Shown: piece after piece, positions 52,065 through 63,704 of the stretch
Layout: each line of letters begins with the position of its first letter
Position numbering within the stretch: position 1 is the first letter of the stretch
From: Mobula hypostoma
Taxonomy: Eukaryota
NCBI RefSeq assembly: GCF_963921235.1
Contig: NC_086111.1
Span: 38,750,001-38,814,000, forward strand
Direction: 5' to 3'
Length of the DNA stretch: 64,000 nt
Notes under the pieces: generated by a model
What the model saw: the letters and a program-made list of their open reading frames with translations, nothing else
Databases searched by the model: none
What the model was told of the DNA's origin: nothing
Program-made: the position numbers and the translations under genes

Positions 52065-53030
52065 TGAGTGGAAAAGCAAATTTGTGCAGAGAACCTGCAA
52101 AGAGGTATAGATAGGTGAAGTGACTGCACAAGGGTTTGACAGATGGAGTACAATGCTGGTAAATTTGAGGTCATCCACTTTGCAAGGAAAAATATAACAT
52201 CAGATTATTATTTAAATGGTGAACGATAGTGGCTGTGCAGATAGAATAATTTTGTGTATGTATCACCAAAAGTTGGTTTGCAGGTGCAACAGGTTATCAC
52301 GAAGGCAAATACAATTAAGAGAGAAAATAAATCAGCTATGATCAAGTGGTGGAGCAGACTTGATGAGCCACATGTCTTATTTCTATTCCTGTGTCTGATG
52401 GTTTTATGGGATGTTGATCTTCATTGTTAGAGCTGTTGAGTTTAAGAGCAAGGGAGGTTATGTTATGTTGCAACTGTACAGGGTACTTGTGAGGCTACAC
52501 CTGGAGCACTGCATACAGTTCTGGCCTCCTTATTTGAGGAAGGATATACTGGCTTTGCAGGTGGTGCAGAGGAGGTGATTCCAGAGATGAGGTGTTAGCC
52601 TATGAAGAGAGACTTTTTCTCCTGGGATTATGCTCTCTGAAATATTAAAGGGGATCTTACAAAAGCATAAAAGATTATGAAAGGGAGATAAGATAGAGAC
52701 AGGAAAGTTGTTTCACCTGGTAGATATGACTAAAACTAGGGGACATAGCCTCTAGATTCATGGAAGTAGAATTAGGATGGAGATGAGGAAAAACTTCTTT
52801 CCCCAGAGAGTAGTGAATCTGGAAATCTCTGCTCAGAGAAGCAGTAAAAGCTATCTCATTAACTCTATTTAGGACACAGAATTTTTTGCATAGCAGGGGA
52901 ATTAAGGGCATGGGGTAAAGGCAGGTAGGTAAAGCTGAGTCCCTGGCCAGATCAGCCATAATCTTATTGAGTGGCAGAGCAGTTTGGTGGGCCAGATGGT
53001 CTCACTTGCTCCTGTTTCTTATGTTCTTAC
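52065..53030 (+). mobile_element. Degenerate CR1 3' fragment, with an extra CR1 3' UTR piece at about 52320-52410
   Basis: QMEYNAGKFEVIHF, LVRLHLEHC, RMEMRKNFF; tail tttcttatgttctt. Confidence 0.8.
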
Positions 53031-53299
53031 TGGAAGTGGGATATCGCTTCCTACTGCAGATGTCCTATTGCTGCATAAGAGAGATAGAAGAAGAGACTCG
53101 ACCACAGGTCAGAATATTGAGGACTTAGAATGCAATGCAGGTCCGCTGTGGTGCAGTGGACTGCCTATATTCTCCAAGTTCCGTGTTACACAAACTGGTT
53201 AACGCCATGTGATTGAAGGACTATGTACTTTCATAGTGCCTGTTCTGATTGTGTGTTTGTTTTTAATTACACATAAGCAATCCTTTTGAAAGGATCCAT

Positions 53300-53990
53300 G
53301 CAAGGAGACTGATAACCTCATTTCTAAGACATTTCATCAGGATCAAGAATAACTTTTCCACCTCTGGCTTTGTGGATTTTATAATGGCTAATGAGACCAA
53401 TGTAGGTGTCATAGAGTTTTTTCCACAGATGGGGAAGGGCTGCATGATGAAGTGGGTGGCTTAGTAGTTTGTGAAGTGATGCATAGGCTTCCTCATGCTC
53501 CTAATGCAAAGCCCCAAGTTTCTCAATTTTATCCTGCAAGCTCCTTTCCATTTTAAATAGTAATTCATCAGAGGTTTCTAGGAATCAATGTCTGAGATAC
53601 GTCTGTACGTCTGAGATATCTATGGGCACATTCTTAAATCTATTTCTATCTGCTTGGTAATCTCTCACAAACAGAGCATGGAATAAAATGCCTATTTTGG
53701 AAGTCTGGAGTCAGCCATGTGGGTAACACAGTCAACCCAACAAAGCAGTCCAGAAGAAAAATCTTAACCTGAAATGTTCACTATCCATTTCCCTCCATCA
53801 ATGCTGCCCAAGTTCCTCCAGCATCTTTCTTGTGTGTTGCTCCAGGTTCCAGTGCCTGCAGTCTGTTGTGTCTCCAACCCAACAAAGCTAAATGAAAATA
53901 TGTAAGGACTCTATAAGAATGTTGACCCGGGAGAGGGTGATTACCTCTGGAAGCTCTTGGCCATGTCTCTGTAAAAACAGCAAACAAAAG
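53300..53990 (-). mobile_element. Degenerate RTE-clade LINE 3' fragment
   Basis: Minus strand LCWVDCVTHMADSRLPK resembles the RTE motif LRW.GHV.RM...RLPK. Confidence 0.55.
53747..53874 (+). mobile_element. 128-bp PLE terminus inserted in the RTE remnant
   Basis: 14-bp TSD CAACCCAACAAAGC (53733-53746 / 53875-53888). The insert starts at a degenerate hammerhead (AGTC-CAGAAGA...CCT-GAAA-TGTTC-ACT). Confidence 0.75.
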
Positions 53991-55959
53991 GAGTTTGTAG
54001 AATACTTATCTCCCTGAGCTTCATGTTACACTTTGTAACAAATCTCGACTTTGAGTAGAATTAAAGAGGAATCGATACACATCGCCAGACTGGTAGGAGC
54101 AGAGAGATTTGAAATGATTTCTGAACTGCGGAAGCTTACAGATATTTTAAAACAAGGATAAAACCAAGAATGGAATCAAATACAGAAATTTCAAACTGAG
54201 ATCCAGAAGTTAATAATCTTTATAATAACTTGACTTGAGTGTGATAACTGAGTGTATTTATTTGCCTCTTCAGTTTTGTTTTGTAATTGTATGTCTTGCC
54301 TGACACCCATTTTACTGCTGTATTGCTTGTATTTTTTCTTTAATGTGCTTTGCTAACATTTTGATTTTGTTGCATACTTTTAGGAACAAGTGTTTATTGC
54401 TTTAATTTTGTTCCTTTTGTACTTCCTTTGATTTGTAAATGTTGCCTTTGAATCGAACACTAGGAACACCTAGCACTAAGACGAACTTGGAACACCATGT
54501 TGCTTTTGTTTTACAGCAAGTAATTTAATTCATTTAAGTGTATTTTATAAAGAAAAATCTTAGTGCTACAGGTATGCTGACTTAAGCCCTTAACATCCTG
54601 GCTTCTATTTTTGTTTGTTTTTATTTTTTTTGTTGATTGCATTCCCTTAAATCTCCTCAAAGTCCACTGACAGGGAAGGTCAGGCTCTGTTTTAGATTTG
54701 TCTCTCTCTAGCCTTAGATTATCTCTGAAGTCAGGAATTCATCATTTTACATTTGACTGGTAATATACTCATGCCTTATCTTACTTTTCTTATTTTTAGG
54801 AAGGTATTTAATCCCAGGACCCCAAAAAAAGGTGAAAAACTGACGTATAATGCAGGAAATTTTATTATTTCAAAGTTATTTTGTTATAAAATAATAATGT
54901 TCTTCTCAATTAAATTTTGAGCTAGAGTGCAAAAATTTTAATATTGATTGTTTTATAATACCTTTTAATTTTGCTGATGCTTGCATCATCATAGAGTAAA
55001 ACAGTGGTTGATAGAGAGCAGCCATTGAATATGTATTTAAGGTTGTAACCCAGTTAAGAGTAAAGGAATTCCATCAATATCTACACAACAGCAAATTATG
55101 GAGTTAGACTTGCATTGTTTGTGTATTATATATTTAAAATAATAAAAAAATTTAAAACCAAAGACTAAAACGCTAGCATCAACAAAAAAATGGCATCAAG
55201 CTATAGAATTTAGACTGTTTCTCCTGATTTCTCTATAAAATCACATGATTATATTTATTGTCAGCATGTTATTACTCAGTTTTAAATATGAAATAAAATA
55301 ACCAACTTGGCCAGTAAAAATGTTCTGTCTGAGCTATCCTTGCTGGGCCTGGATGGCACACTTGCTGATTTGGTAGTAAGCCATTCAATGCAGAATGTCT
55401 CCTATGCCTGATACTTTAAATGTGCTAAATTAGCTAACATTAGTAGCAACAGAATGATGTTGACAACATCATTAAATGTTGTCTTGAAGGATTCCAAGTT
55501 AGTCTGGGGAAAAATCAACTAAGGTTCCTGGTATTGGTTGCCATCCAATTATTCCAGCTATGAAGAATACACATATGGCCATTGAATAGGAATGGGATGT
55601 TTGAGGCAGATAACCATACAATTATCACTCACTGCTGATTAAGTAATGAAGGTGCTAGAATCCATGAAGTATATGCTATTAGGATTTTACATTTTCAGGA
55701 AGAGTACTGAAGGAGGTGGATATTTTGAATCTGCATCGTTTTTGGTCAAAGTTTAATATTAGGTACAGATATAGATTATGGATCTGTATTGCTTTTTGCA
55801 TTCACACTCAAGCCACTAGATGGCACGTCCTTCCAAATTAGAAGTCAACATTGGCATCAAATATTATGGGAAGAAGTTTATGGCTTTCTCACATACTTTC
55901 CCACATGGTTGCACAACTATTGAGATGTAACAACATGGGTGAACTGTTTATATATGGCT

Positions 55960-56655
55960 TTTATTTAAATAATTAAAACATAGTTAACAGCAAAAATCAT
56001 TATAATGCTCATAAAATCAACAGGAAAAGCACTCTTCCTTTTGAAAGTTACAGATAGAGTATATCAAAGAGAAAGGTTGATAATGGTAGAAAGAGCAGTA
56101 AACTCGAGAACTGGGAAAATTTCGCTTTCGGCAAAGGAATTGGAAAATGCAAGAATATTTTCACATCTGGTCCCAACACACTGCCTTTCCAGTGTATCTG
56201 GGCCAGTGTTTAAATTGTCCGAACACCAGATCCTGCCTCACATTAGGACCCAGGCCCCACTGCAGCGATGCACTCTGGGCCTAGACCTTGCCACCCACCC
56301 CGAAGCTCATACTCGACCTCCCCAAATCCGACCTTGTACGTGGTTTAGGTGGTCGGGCATCAAAACTCCTACACCTCGACTCCTCTCGTAATCACTCCCT
56401 CCAACTCCATCTCCAACAATGACCCCATTGCTGTCTCCAAAACTGTCTCATATATGTACAGCTCAGACCTTGCAGCGTGTCAGCATGGCTCACAGCTTGA
56501 GTCAGCTTTGCCTCCACTCACTACTTCATTGTTTGCAGTGATAGTTTACCAAAATTTACCTCATAAAAAGTGTTATTAATGATGCTTGTAGTCATATTTC
56601 TTGCCCTTTTTAACTACCGGTAAGCTGCCACACAAACTTCAGTAGAGCCATCTTA
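55960..56655 (-). mobile_element. Probable non-autonomous element beginning AAGATGGC
   Basis: Ends gccatctt on the + strand; GC-richer than flanks; organisation similar to 28428-29938. Left boundary uncertain. Confidence 0.4.
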
Positions 56656-57499
56656 AGCTATCTTGCACAATCACTGAAATGTTGCCACAACCTTATAGAC
56701 TCACTTTCAAGGACTCTTCGTCTCAGGTTCCCTATATTTATTGTTTATTTCTTTATTATTATTATTATTTCTTTTATTTTTGTATTTGCAGTTTGGTTTT
56801 TTTTTTGCGCATTGTTTGTTGTCTGTCCTAGTTGGGTGCGGTCTTTCATTGATTCTATTGTGTTTCTTGTATTCACGGTGATTGCCCGCACAAAAATAAA
56901 TCTCAGAGTTGTATACAGTATATGTATAAATTAACTGAACTTAAAGTCTCTGGTAGCAAGGCCCTTAGAAAATAATAATAGGATTGTTTGCAGTCATCAT
57001 GGATTTATGAAGGGGAAGTCTTGTTGGATAAATTTTGTTGGAATATTTTCAGGCTGTAACTAGCAGAGCAGATCGGGAGTACTATTGGCTCAATGTATTT
57101 GTATATCAGAAGACCAGTTTCCAAGCTGGCATCGGGCTGCAACCTCTGTTGAAGTTGCAACATAGATTTAGATGATTTTATTTTAGGTTGTACGGATGGT
57201 CTTGGGGACAGAGAGTTAAATTAGATTTTAGGGGCAGGGCTGTTGGGGATTGTGGGGCCTCGTGTCTGGGGTCCTTTTGTCAGTGAATCCAGATTTTGAG
57301 CCTAGTGTTTGGTGATTGGTTGGTCCTGGGGCCAATGCCGAGGGATGGAGGCCCGAGGGCTGAATCAGAACTCTGGAAGTTGAGGCCCTTTGATCAGGCC
57401 CCCAAGGCCACAAGTGTTTTAAGTCTGCTGGGGGAGTCGAAGCCCTATATCTGCGAGCCTGACTCTGAACATTGTTCCTATTACACTGAGCACCGGCGT

Positions 57500-58482
57500 T
57501 CCCCAAGGCTGTGTGCTCAGCCCGCTGCTGTTCATGCGGCTAATGCATGACTGTGTCACAGGATCCAGCTCAAACCATTTCTACAGGTTTGTGGATGATA
57601 CAACAGTGGTTGCCCTTATCAAGCATGATGATGAAATGGAGAATAGAGAGGAAGTGGAGCGGATGGTGTATTGGTTGAGAAGAACAACCTAACCCTGAAT
57701 GTGCAGAAGACAAAGGAAATCATTGTGGACTTCATGAAGGTGCAGACAAGCCATTCCCCTCTATGAATACATGGCTTCTCCATAGAGTTAAGTGCACCAA
57801 GTTCCTGGGAGTTCACATCACAGATGACCTCACCTGGTCCCTTAATATCACCTCCTTGAACATGAAGGCCCAGCAGCACCTCCACTTTCTAAGAAAATCG
57901 TAGCAAGCAGGGTTTCCCCCCCTCATCTGAACTGCATTTTACAGAAGCACCATTGAGAGCATCTTGACATGTGGCATCACCATCTGATATGACAGCAGTC
58001 AAGCATTGGACCTTCAAAGGACTATGAGTACAGTTGAGAGGATCAAGGAGACTCCCTACTATCCATCAGGAACATTTATCAAGAGTGCTATGTACACAGG
58101 GACCACCCATCAATCTAGCATCCTCTTTGACTTTCTACCATCAGGCAGGAGGCTATGATGCATAAAAACAAGAATGGGTTAAGATGAGAAATAGTTCCTT
58201 CCTCCAGGCCGTTAGGCTTCTGAACTCCCTGCCGCATCATACTTGAAGTTTCACTGGTTAATCTGTTCTATACCTTACAATATTTAATAGTAATGCACTT
58301 TAGTTTGTGTAATTCATCTGTAGATTCTATCCTTACCTTTAGAAGTCATCGTGTGTTATGTGTACTGCTGTACTTCATATCCTGGTTCGGAGAAATGTTG
58401 CCTCTTTTCTATATACACTATGTGGTTATATACTTTATATACATGTATATAGTTAAATGACAATAAACTTGACTTGACTTGA
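57500..58482 (+). mobile_element. Rex1/Babar LINE 3' fragment
   Basis: AHDC...FVDDTTVV, NLTLNVQKTKEIIVDF, KAQQHLHFLR; (ACTTG)n tail at about 58467-58482. Confidence 0.85.
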
Positions 58483-58773
58483 GTCCATCAGAGGTTGGAA
58501 GTCAAAGAAGATGGCCTGTCTTGGGGTTAGAGTAATGTGTAGAGGGTGGATTGAAGCCTGTTTACTGTTGTTGTTTTGTTCTATGTTGTTCTGCCAAGCA
58601 TTGTGGACATGCAATGTTTGCACTAGAAGGTCTAGTGACACACACGGGTTGCTCACAGCACATCCCTAAATGTGTTGGTTGCTAATGCAATTGATGCAAT
58701 CCAGTGCATGTTTTGATGTGCATGTGATAAACATACTTCAATCTTGAGTATGGTGCCATGCAAGAGGTAATTA

Positions 58774-59386
58774 GATTAGATTAGATTATGAGGACACATA
58801 GTCCTCTTTTGTTGTCATTTAGTAATGCATGCATTAAGAAATGATACAATGTTTTTCCAGAATGATATCATGAAAACATATGACAAACTTCCTTAAAAAC
58901 TAACAAAAACCACATAATTATAACATATAGTTACAACAGTGCAAAGCAATACCGTAATTTGATAAGAACAGACCATGGGCACGGTAATGTCTCAAAGTCT
59001 CTTGAAAGTTCCATCATCTCACGCAGACAGTAAACCTCCAGCGCCGCCAACTTGCCGATGCAGCATCCTGGAAGCATCCGACCACAGTCCGACTCCGAGC
59101 CTCCAACCACCTCTCTGACACCGAGCACCATCTCTGCCGAACGCTTCGACCCCAGCCCCGGCAACAAGCAATAGGCAAAGCCGAGGATTTGGGGCTTTCA
59201 TCTCCAGAGATTCTCCATTGCACAGTAGCATCGGCAACGAAGCAAGCATTTCAGAAGTTACTCCAGGTGTTCCTCCGTACTCTCACGGCTGTCTCCATCA
59301 AGTCCGGATTGTGCATGGCCCCCCTAGTTACACATACGATGTTCATTCGGAACGGCTGCACGCTGCGTCGCGTTGCCATCTTCTCC
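58774..59386 (-). mobile_element. Complete, young non-autonomous retroelement (about 610 bp) inserted in an old CR1
   Basis: Minus strand starts GGAGAAGATGGCAACGCG, is CpG-rich and ends in an (AATCT)n tail. 6-bp TSD TAATTA (58768-58773 / 59387-59392). Flanks rejoin to a CR1 V-P-x-K-R-x-I motif. Confidence 0.75.
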
Positions 59387-59392
59387 TAATTA

Positions 59393-60600
59393 AGCTAAAT
59401 TATAGCAGGTAGTGGTAATGATAATGATTGGAGAAAATATTGGGATTGCGGATTGGTTAACAGATGGAAAACAGAACAGAACAGACCTTTGACTTGGAAG
59501 ACCATGACTAGTAAGGTTATTTAAATGATGAAAGACAAAAATGTTGATGTTCAAAGGGACTTTGATTCCGCTTCAGATTATACTATTGACATATACACCA
59601 GGGTGCAATGAAATTCCTTGCTGACCTGAAGCTTACAAGGGTAAACAGTGCATATGGTAACAATAGATACAGTGACAAGCACAAGGCAACATAACACTTT
59701 GTATTCTTAAACTGTATTCTTGAATACAGATCACTGAAAATTAACATGTAGCTTCAGCAAGCAATCAAAGGCAAATGATATGAATACAAATATTTTGAGT
59801 GCTAGGTTGCAACTCAAATTTTATAAACACAATATTGTGCAGATGCTGGCAATCCAGAGCAACACACACAACCCTGAAGAAACTCAGCAAGTCAGCAGCA
59901 TCTATGAAAATGAATACTGTAAACAGTTAATTTCTTGGCCCAAAACACCGACTGCTTATTCATTTCCATGTAAGTTGCTTGACCTGCTGAGTTCTCGCAG
60001 CATTTTGTGTGTGTGTTGTTCTGGAATATTATGTTAAGGTCTGGTCTTCTCTGCTCTGCCTGATGCAGTACTGAAACTGCAGGAAGGTTTCTGCTGATTG
60101 ATTCCTGGGCTTGGCCCTATGAGAAGAGATTAAACAGACTGGCCCTATTCTTTCTTCAGTTTAGAAAAAAATGAGAGGGGACCTCTCTGAAATTCTTACA
60201 AATTAGGATAGATGCAGAATAATTATTTGCCTGGCTTACTATCTTCGAATTGGGAGTCACTGCCTCAGCAGAAGAGTTCGGCACCTCAGGACTGAGATGA
60301 GATCTTCTCTGAACCCAGGGTGGGATATGGGGGGGGGGAGCAGTGGGTGGAGGGGATGAATGGAGGGAGGAAGGCAGAGAACTTTTAGAATTCTGTATTC
60401 CAGGGATCCAGGTTGTGACTATATATTTAAGACAGAGGTTGAAATTGATTTTTAGATGTTGGTGGAATAAAGTGAAATGGCATTAGTACACAAAAGTGGT
60501 GCTGAGGTACAAAGATCTGTAAGGAATTCCTTGAATGGGGAGAGCAGGGTTGAGGGACACATGGTTCACTCCTGATTTTGTTTCTTATGTTCCTAACTGT
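59393..60600 (+). mobile_element. Degenerate CR1 remnant with further small insertions
   Basis: WLTDGKQ, VQRDFD, YEERLNRL and LRTEMR remnants; CR1 3' UTR ending ttcttatgttcct. Confidence 0.6.
59835..60028. mobile_element. Small palindromic PLE-terminus derivative (a similar one lies at about 51080-51252)
   Basis: tccagagcaacacacacaa...ctcagcaagtcagcagc is inverted relative to gttgcttgacctgctgagttct...ttgtgtgtgtgttgttctgga. Confidence 0.65.
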
Positions 60601-61039
60601 CTTAGTAATATTTATATTTTGGCACCATTGCACTGAAATCTCAATTTAGTGTTTTCAGAATGCATTATCTGTAGATGATCAGTTTTAAACAGTAAGAACT
60701 TGTAATATTGTGGTGTAGTTGCTATGACTTATGCTCCCTTGTGCTTTTCTAAGCAGCATATTGGTCATATGATCCTGCCTTTCTGAACATTAATATATGA
60801 ACAATCAACTCCACCTAATATGTCTTGGGTTTGTCATAATACATACTCAGACAACATGCTGTTACCCACATTTGTGAGCTTTAGTTGCTGCTGTCTGTCA
60901 CCCTCTGGTAGTTTATCTCTGGTGCCTGGATTTGCTTTAAGACTTGTATGTCTATCATGGTGGTGTTGCTTTGAATGTAAGATCAAAAGAAGATGAATTC
61001 CAGAAAAAAATTTCCTTGTATGAAGAAAGGAACAGTCTT

Positions 61040-61455
61040 GTGTAAACATCCCCATGACAGCTCCCAATGAGTTATTTTACTGGAGCATTAGCACCCAGGA
61101 TGACAGACAGGCTGAGACTGTGCAAAATAACAAATCAGTCCCTGTGAGCCAGCAGGCAGTTGCCACAACAGAAATAAGATTTCTAAAGGAATTTTGTTCC
61201 ATTTTTATTGTAAACGTTTGTGTGGCAGCTCATCTTTTTACAAGCTGTCTTCCCTTGCGTGGTTTTCTGTTCTGGAAGATGTTGATATTGAGGCACACAC
61301 CTGATAGAAGGGAGCATTATCATGAATAGAATCAAGGATAAATTTGAGAGCAAAGTCAAGATGGCTATTGTACTTTTTTGTTTATTTCTCTCTCATTTAG
61401 TTATGTGGGTATTGCTACTGTGGAAACAGGCCTTTTGAGCTGGCCAGAAAGGGCA
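61040..61455 (+). promoter_or_regulatory. Candidate internal promoter / conserved element upstream of the alternative first exon
   Basis: Repeat-free unique sequence with TGACAG, TGTAAAC and TGGCAG motifs, directly upstream of the alternative-exon homologue. Conservation is inferred, not measured. Confidence 0.35.
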
Positions 61456-61629
61456 GCTTTCCAGTATATTTTCATTTCAGTGTGCTTCAGCTGCACAGCA
61501 TTTCCTGTTTATTCAACATCTTTACACCATTCTTCAACCCCCGCTCTACAGCAACAGCCAAAGAACAACTGCAAGCCGACGGAAATTTAGAGGCACTAAG
61601 CTCTTTCGGTAAACTTCCCCACTTTCTCT
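61456..61629 (+). other. FOXP1: Homologue of the mammalian FOXP1 alternative first exon (MFQCVFSSSVLQPHSTSCLF... N-terminus), here non-coding; putative donor tct|gtaatt at 61630
   Basis: Across frameshifts it reads AFQYIF / LQLHSISCLFN / HSSTPALQQQP...PTEI* / FGKL...FS|gtaatt. This is colinear with the recalled human isoform N-terminus MFQCVFSSSVLQPHSTSCLFKHLFYHSATPASQKQPEPIYSKKTEIQRQTVRAPFAKLFIFS|ALQVARQ. The ATG position is GCT and there is a TAG at 61588-61590. The 5' boundary is unknown. Confidence 0.65.
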
Positions 61630-62960
61630 GTAATTGTTTGTGTCATATCCAGAATTAAATCTGTCAAATGAAACAATACTGATGAGTTGAATAAGGGAGT
61701 TGTTGAAAGATGCAAATGTTAAGATTTAACCTTAAATTTTTGGTAAATTAGGTCATGGTGAGGAGTAAGGAAAATGTTACGAAGGATTAGTTTATATTTT
61801 ATCAATTTGTGATGTATATGGACACAAAGCATGAGTGTATAATGGAAAAGTCTCTTTAGAGTCAAATAATACGTAGTAACAAATAATATGCAGTTGTTAA
61901 AGCATACCAAGAACACGTATGCAAAATAAAATTCAGCTGCTTTAAAGTTGTCTTTTGTGCCTTAAAGTGATCTGATGTTTGAAACTGTTCGGAACTGTTG
62001 TCTAGCAGGAGTAATCACATGGGGGAGGGAAATGGAAAGAGTGACTGAATTTATTTACTCAGATGTTATGCTGATGTAGGTGTGGAACTAAGTCACTGTG
62101 GGAACTATGAGTTGCTTTCTGTTGGTATCTTCATAGTCCTGATGGCCATCAAATTTCCCGGCTTACTGGTTCTGTTTCATCTGGACAGTCTCTGTTTGAT
62201 TATTTATCAGAAGGAAAAGGGAGTAGCTTGAGCATAAAACAACTCCGTTTTACTTTCCAGCAGACGTTCTATGATTTTGTGTATCTGAACTCTCTTAAAG
62301 CTAACAGACTGGGGTATGATTTGACTTTGATGTTATGTCAGAATTTTTAAAAATTTACTTCTGATTTCCCTAGAGTTCAATGTATTTGTGAATACATATT
62401 TAATAATTTGACCAATAATTTTATCTGCATCTTACTTTCCATAGTACTAGGATAACTTTCACATTTTTTTTGTTTTATCTTTTGGTTTGTAGAACATTTT
62501 GCAGTGTCCCATTTTATTTTTCTCCCACTCACAGCCACAAGGGAATCTTTGGCTTAGCAGTTCTGACACATGCTAGCCAGCTCTTCATAATGCATTGCTC
62601 CCTTTGAAAATTTCATATCAAATGACAACTATCCATCAATAAGGATCTAAAATTTTTGTGTAAAAAGACATTGGAATGCAGAATTTTTTGTTGATGCACA
62701 TTTATGTTCAATAAAACCACAGTAGATTTAAAGAGACTTGCAGAATTTAATGCTGCAGAATTATATGTGGCACTACCATCAATAGAAATAAATTTCACTT
62801 CCCTACTTAAATGTTTTAAGGATATTAACTAGTAGATTTTGATGGGAAAACAAATGGTATGCAACACCATTTGCTGATATTCTTTATATTATGGAGTAGT
62901 AAACTGTCCCATTGGGTGTATTTATGGTTAAAAGGTGAATGTTATTCTTTTTTAATGTAG

Positions 62961-63050
62961 GCTCTTCAAGTTGCAAGGCAGCTTCTGCTACAGCAACAAG
63001 CTAGTGGGTTGAAGTCTCCCAAGGGAAATGACAAGCAACCATCCCTACAG
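62961..63050 (+). CDS. FOXP1: Internal coding exon of a FoxP transcription factor, most likely FOXP1 (N-terminal Q-rich region)
   Basis: Acceptor ttctttttttaatgtag|GCT and donor CAG|gtaaat; 90 nt, phase 0/0. Translates [30 protein letters not shown]. Closer to recalled human FOXP1 ([34 protein letters not shown]) than FOXP2 ([30 protein letters not shown]). The upstream alternative-exon homology also favours FOXP1. Confidence 0.9.
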
Positions 63051-63704
63051 GTAAATGTATTTTTTATACAGATTATGCATGATGTGTGTACTTGGTTTTT
63101 TTTTGGGATAGAAACCACATACAACTTGATGTAACTGTCATGCACCATATTTAATGGGATGACAATGTAGTCATAACTTAATGAACTATTACGCCAGGCC
63201 AGACATTAGGGTCTGGAGACATGTTTTGTTATGCTAATGTGTTTGGAAATTCCCAAAGAAAATGAAAAAAATAACATCTTTCAGGATGTTGATGAGGACC
63301 AAACTAATCATTTTTTTAATAGCCAAGCTAGGTATTTTGTTGAAGAGATCTACAGTAGCCTCCAAGTGGAATATTATTTAGTCAACTGTTGATTCTTATG
63401 AAAGCTTAATGATCAAACTGAATGTTATTATGAATATTTTATAAAGTCATTTGAATCAAGTGTACCTCTCCATCATTGTGATGCTAACTTAGATCTGTAA
63501 CATTTATATTTAAATGTATACACTCTCCATTACATGATTGATCTGAGTTATGTTGTTCTCATTGATAATATTTAATATTATTCAGTAATGTGCGTTGTTC
63601 CCTTTTTAATGAGACAGTAAAATTGTACACAATAGAAACAAGCTTTCTGCATTTCCTTAAACAGTGTTTGAATCGTGCCTTTTGTACCCCTTACAGGACA
63701 CCCC

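Noticed and set aside
54800-54803. tttttag|GAAG|gtattt 4-nt microexon
   Set aside because: Frame-shifting and unsupported by anything beyond the dinucleotides.
55330-55700. Possible ancient SINE remnant (also about 3600-3780 and LINE-like traces at about 15150-15480 and 39380-39700)
   Set aside because: Too degenerate to assign a family or boundaries by eye.
61378-61590. 70-aa ORF as a translated FOXP1 N-terminus
   Set aside because: Non-ATG start, a stop before the splice donor, and homology to the human peptide spread over different frames.
62961-63050. Assignment to FOXP2 or FOXP4
   Set aside because: ALQVARQ and NDKQP.LQ plus the upstream alternative-exon homology fit FOXP1 better. Not fully excluded without synteny.
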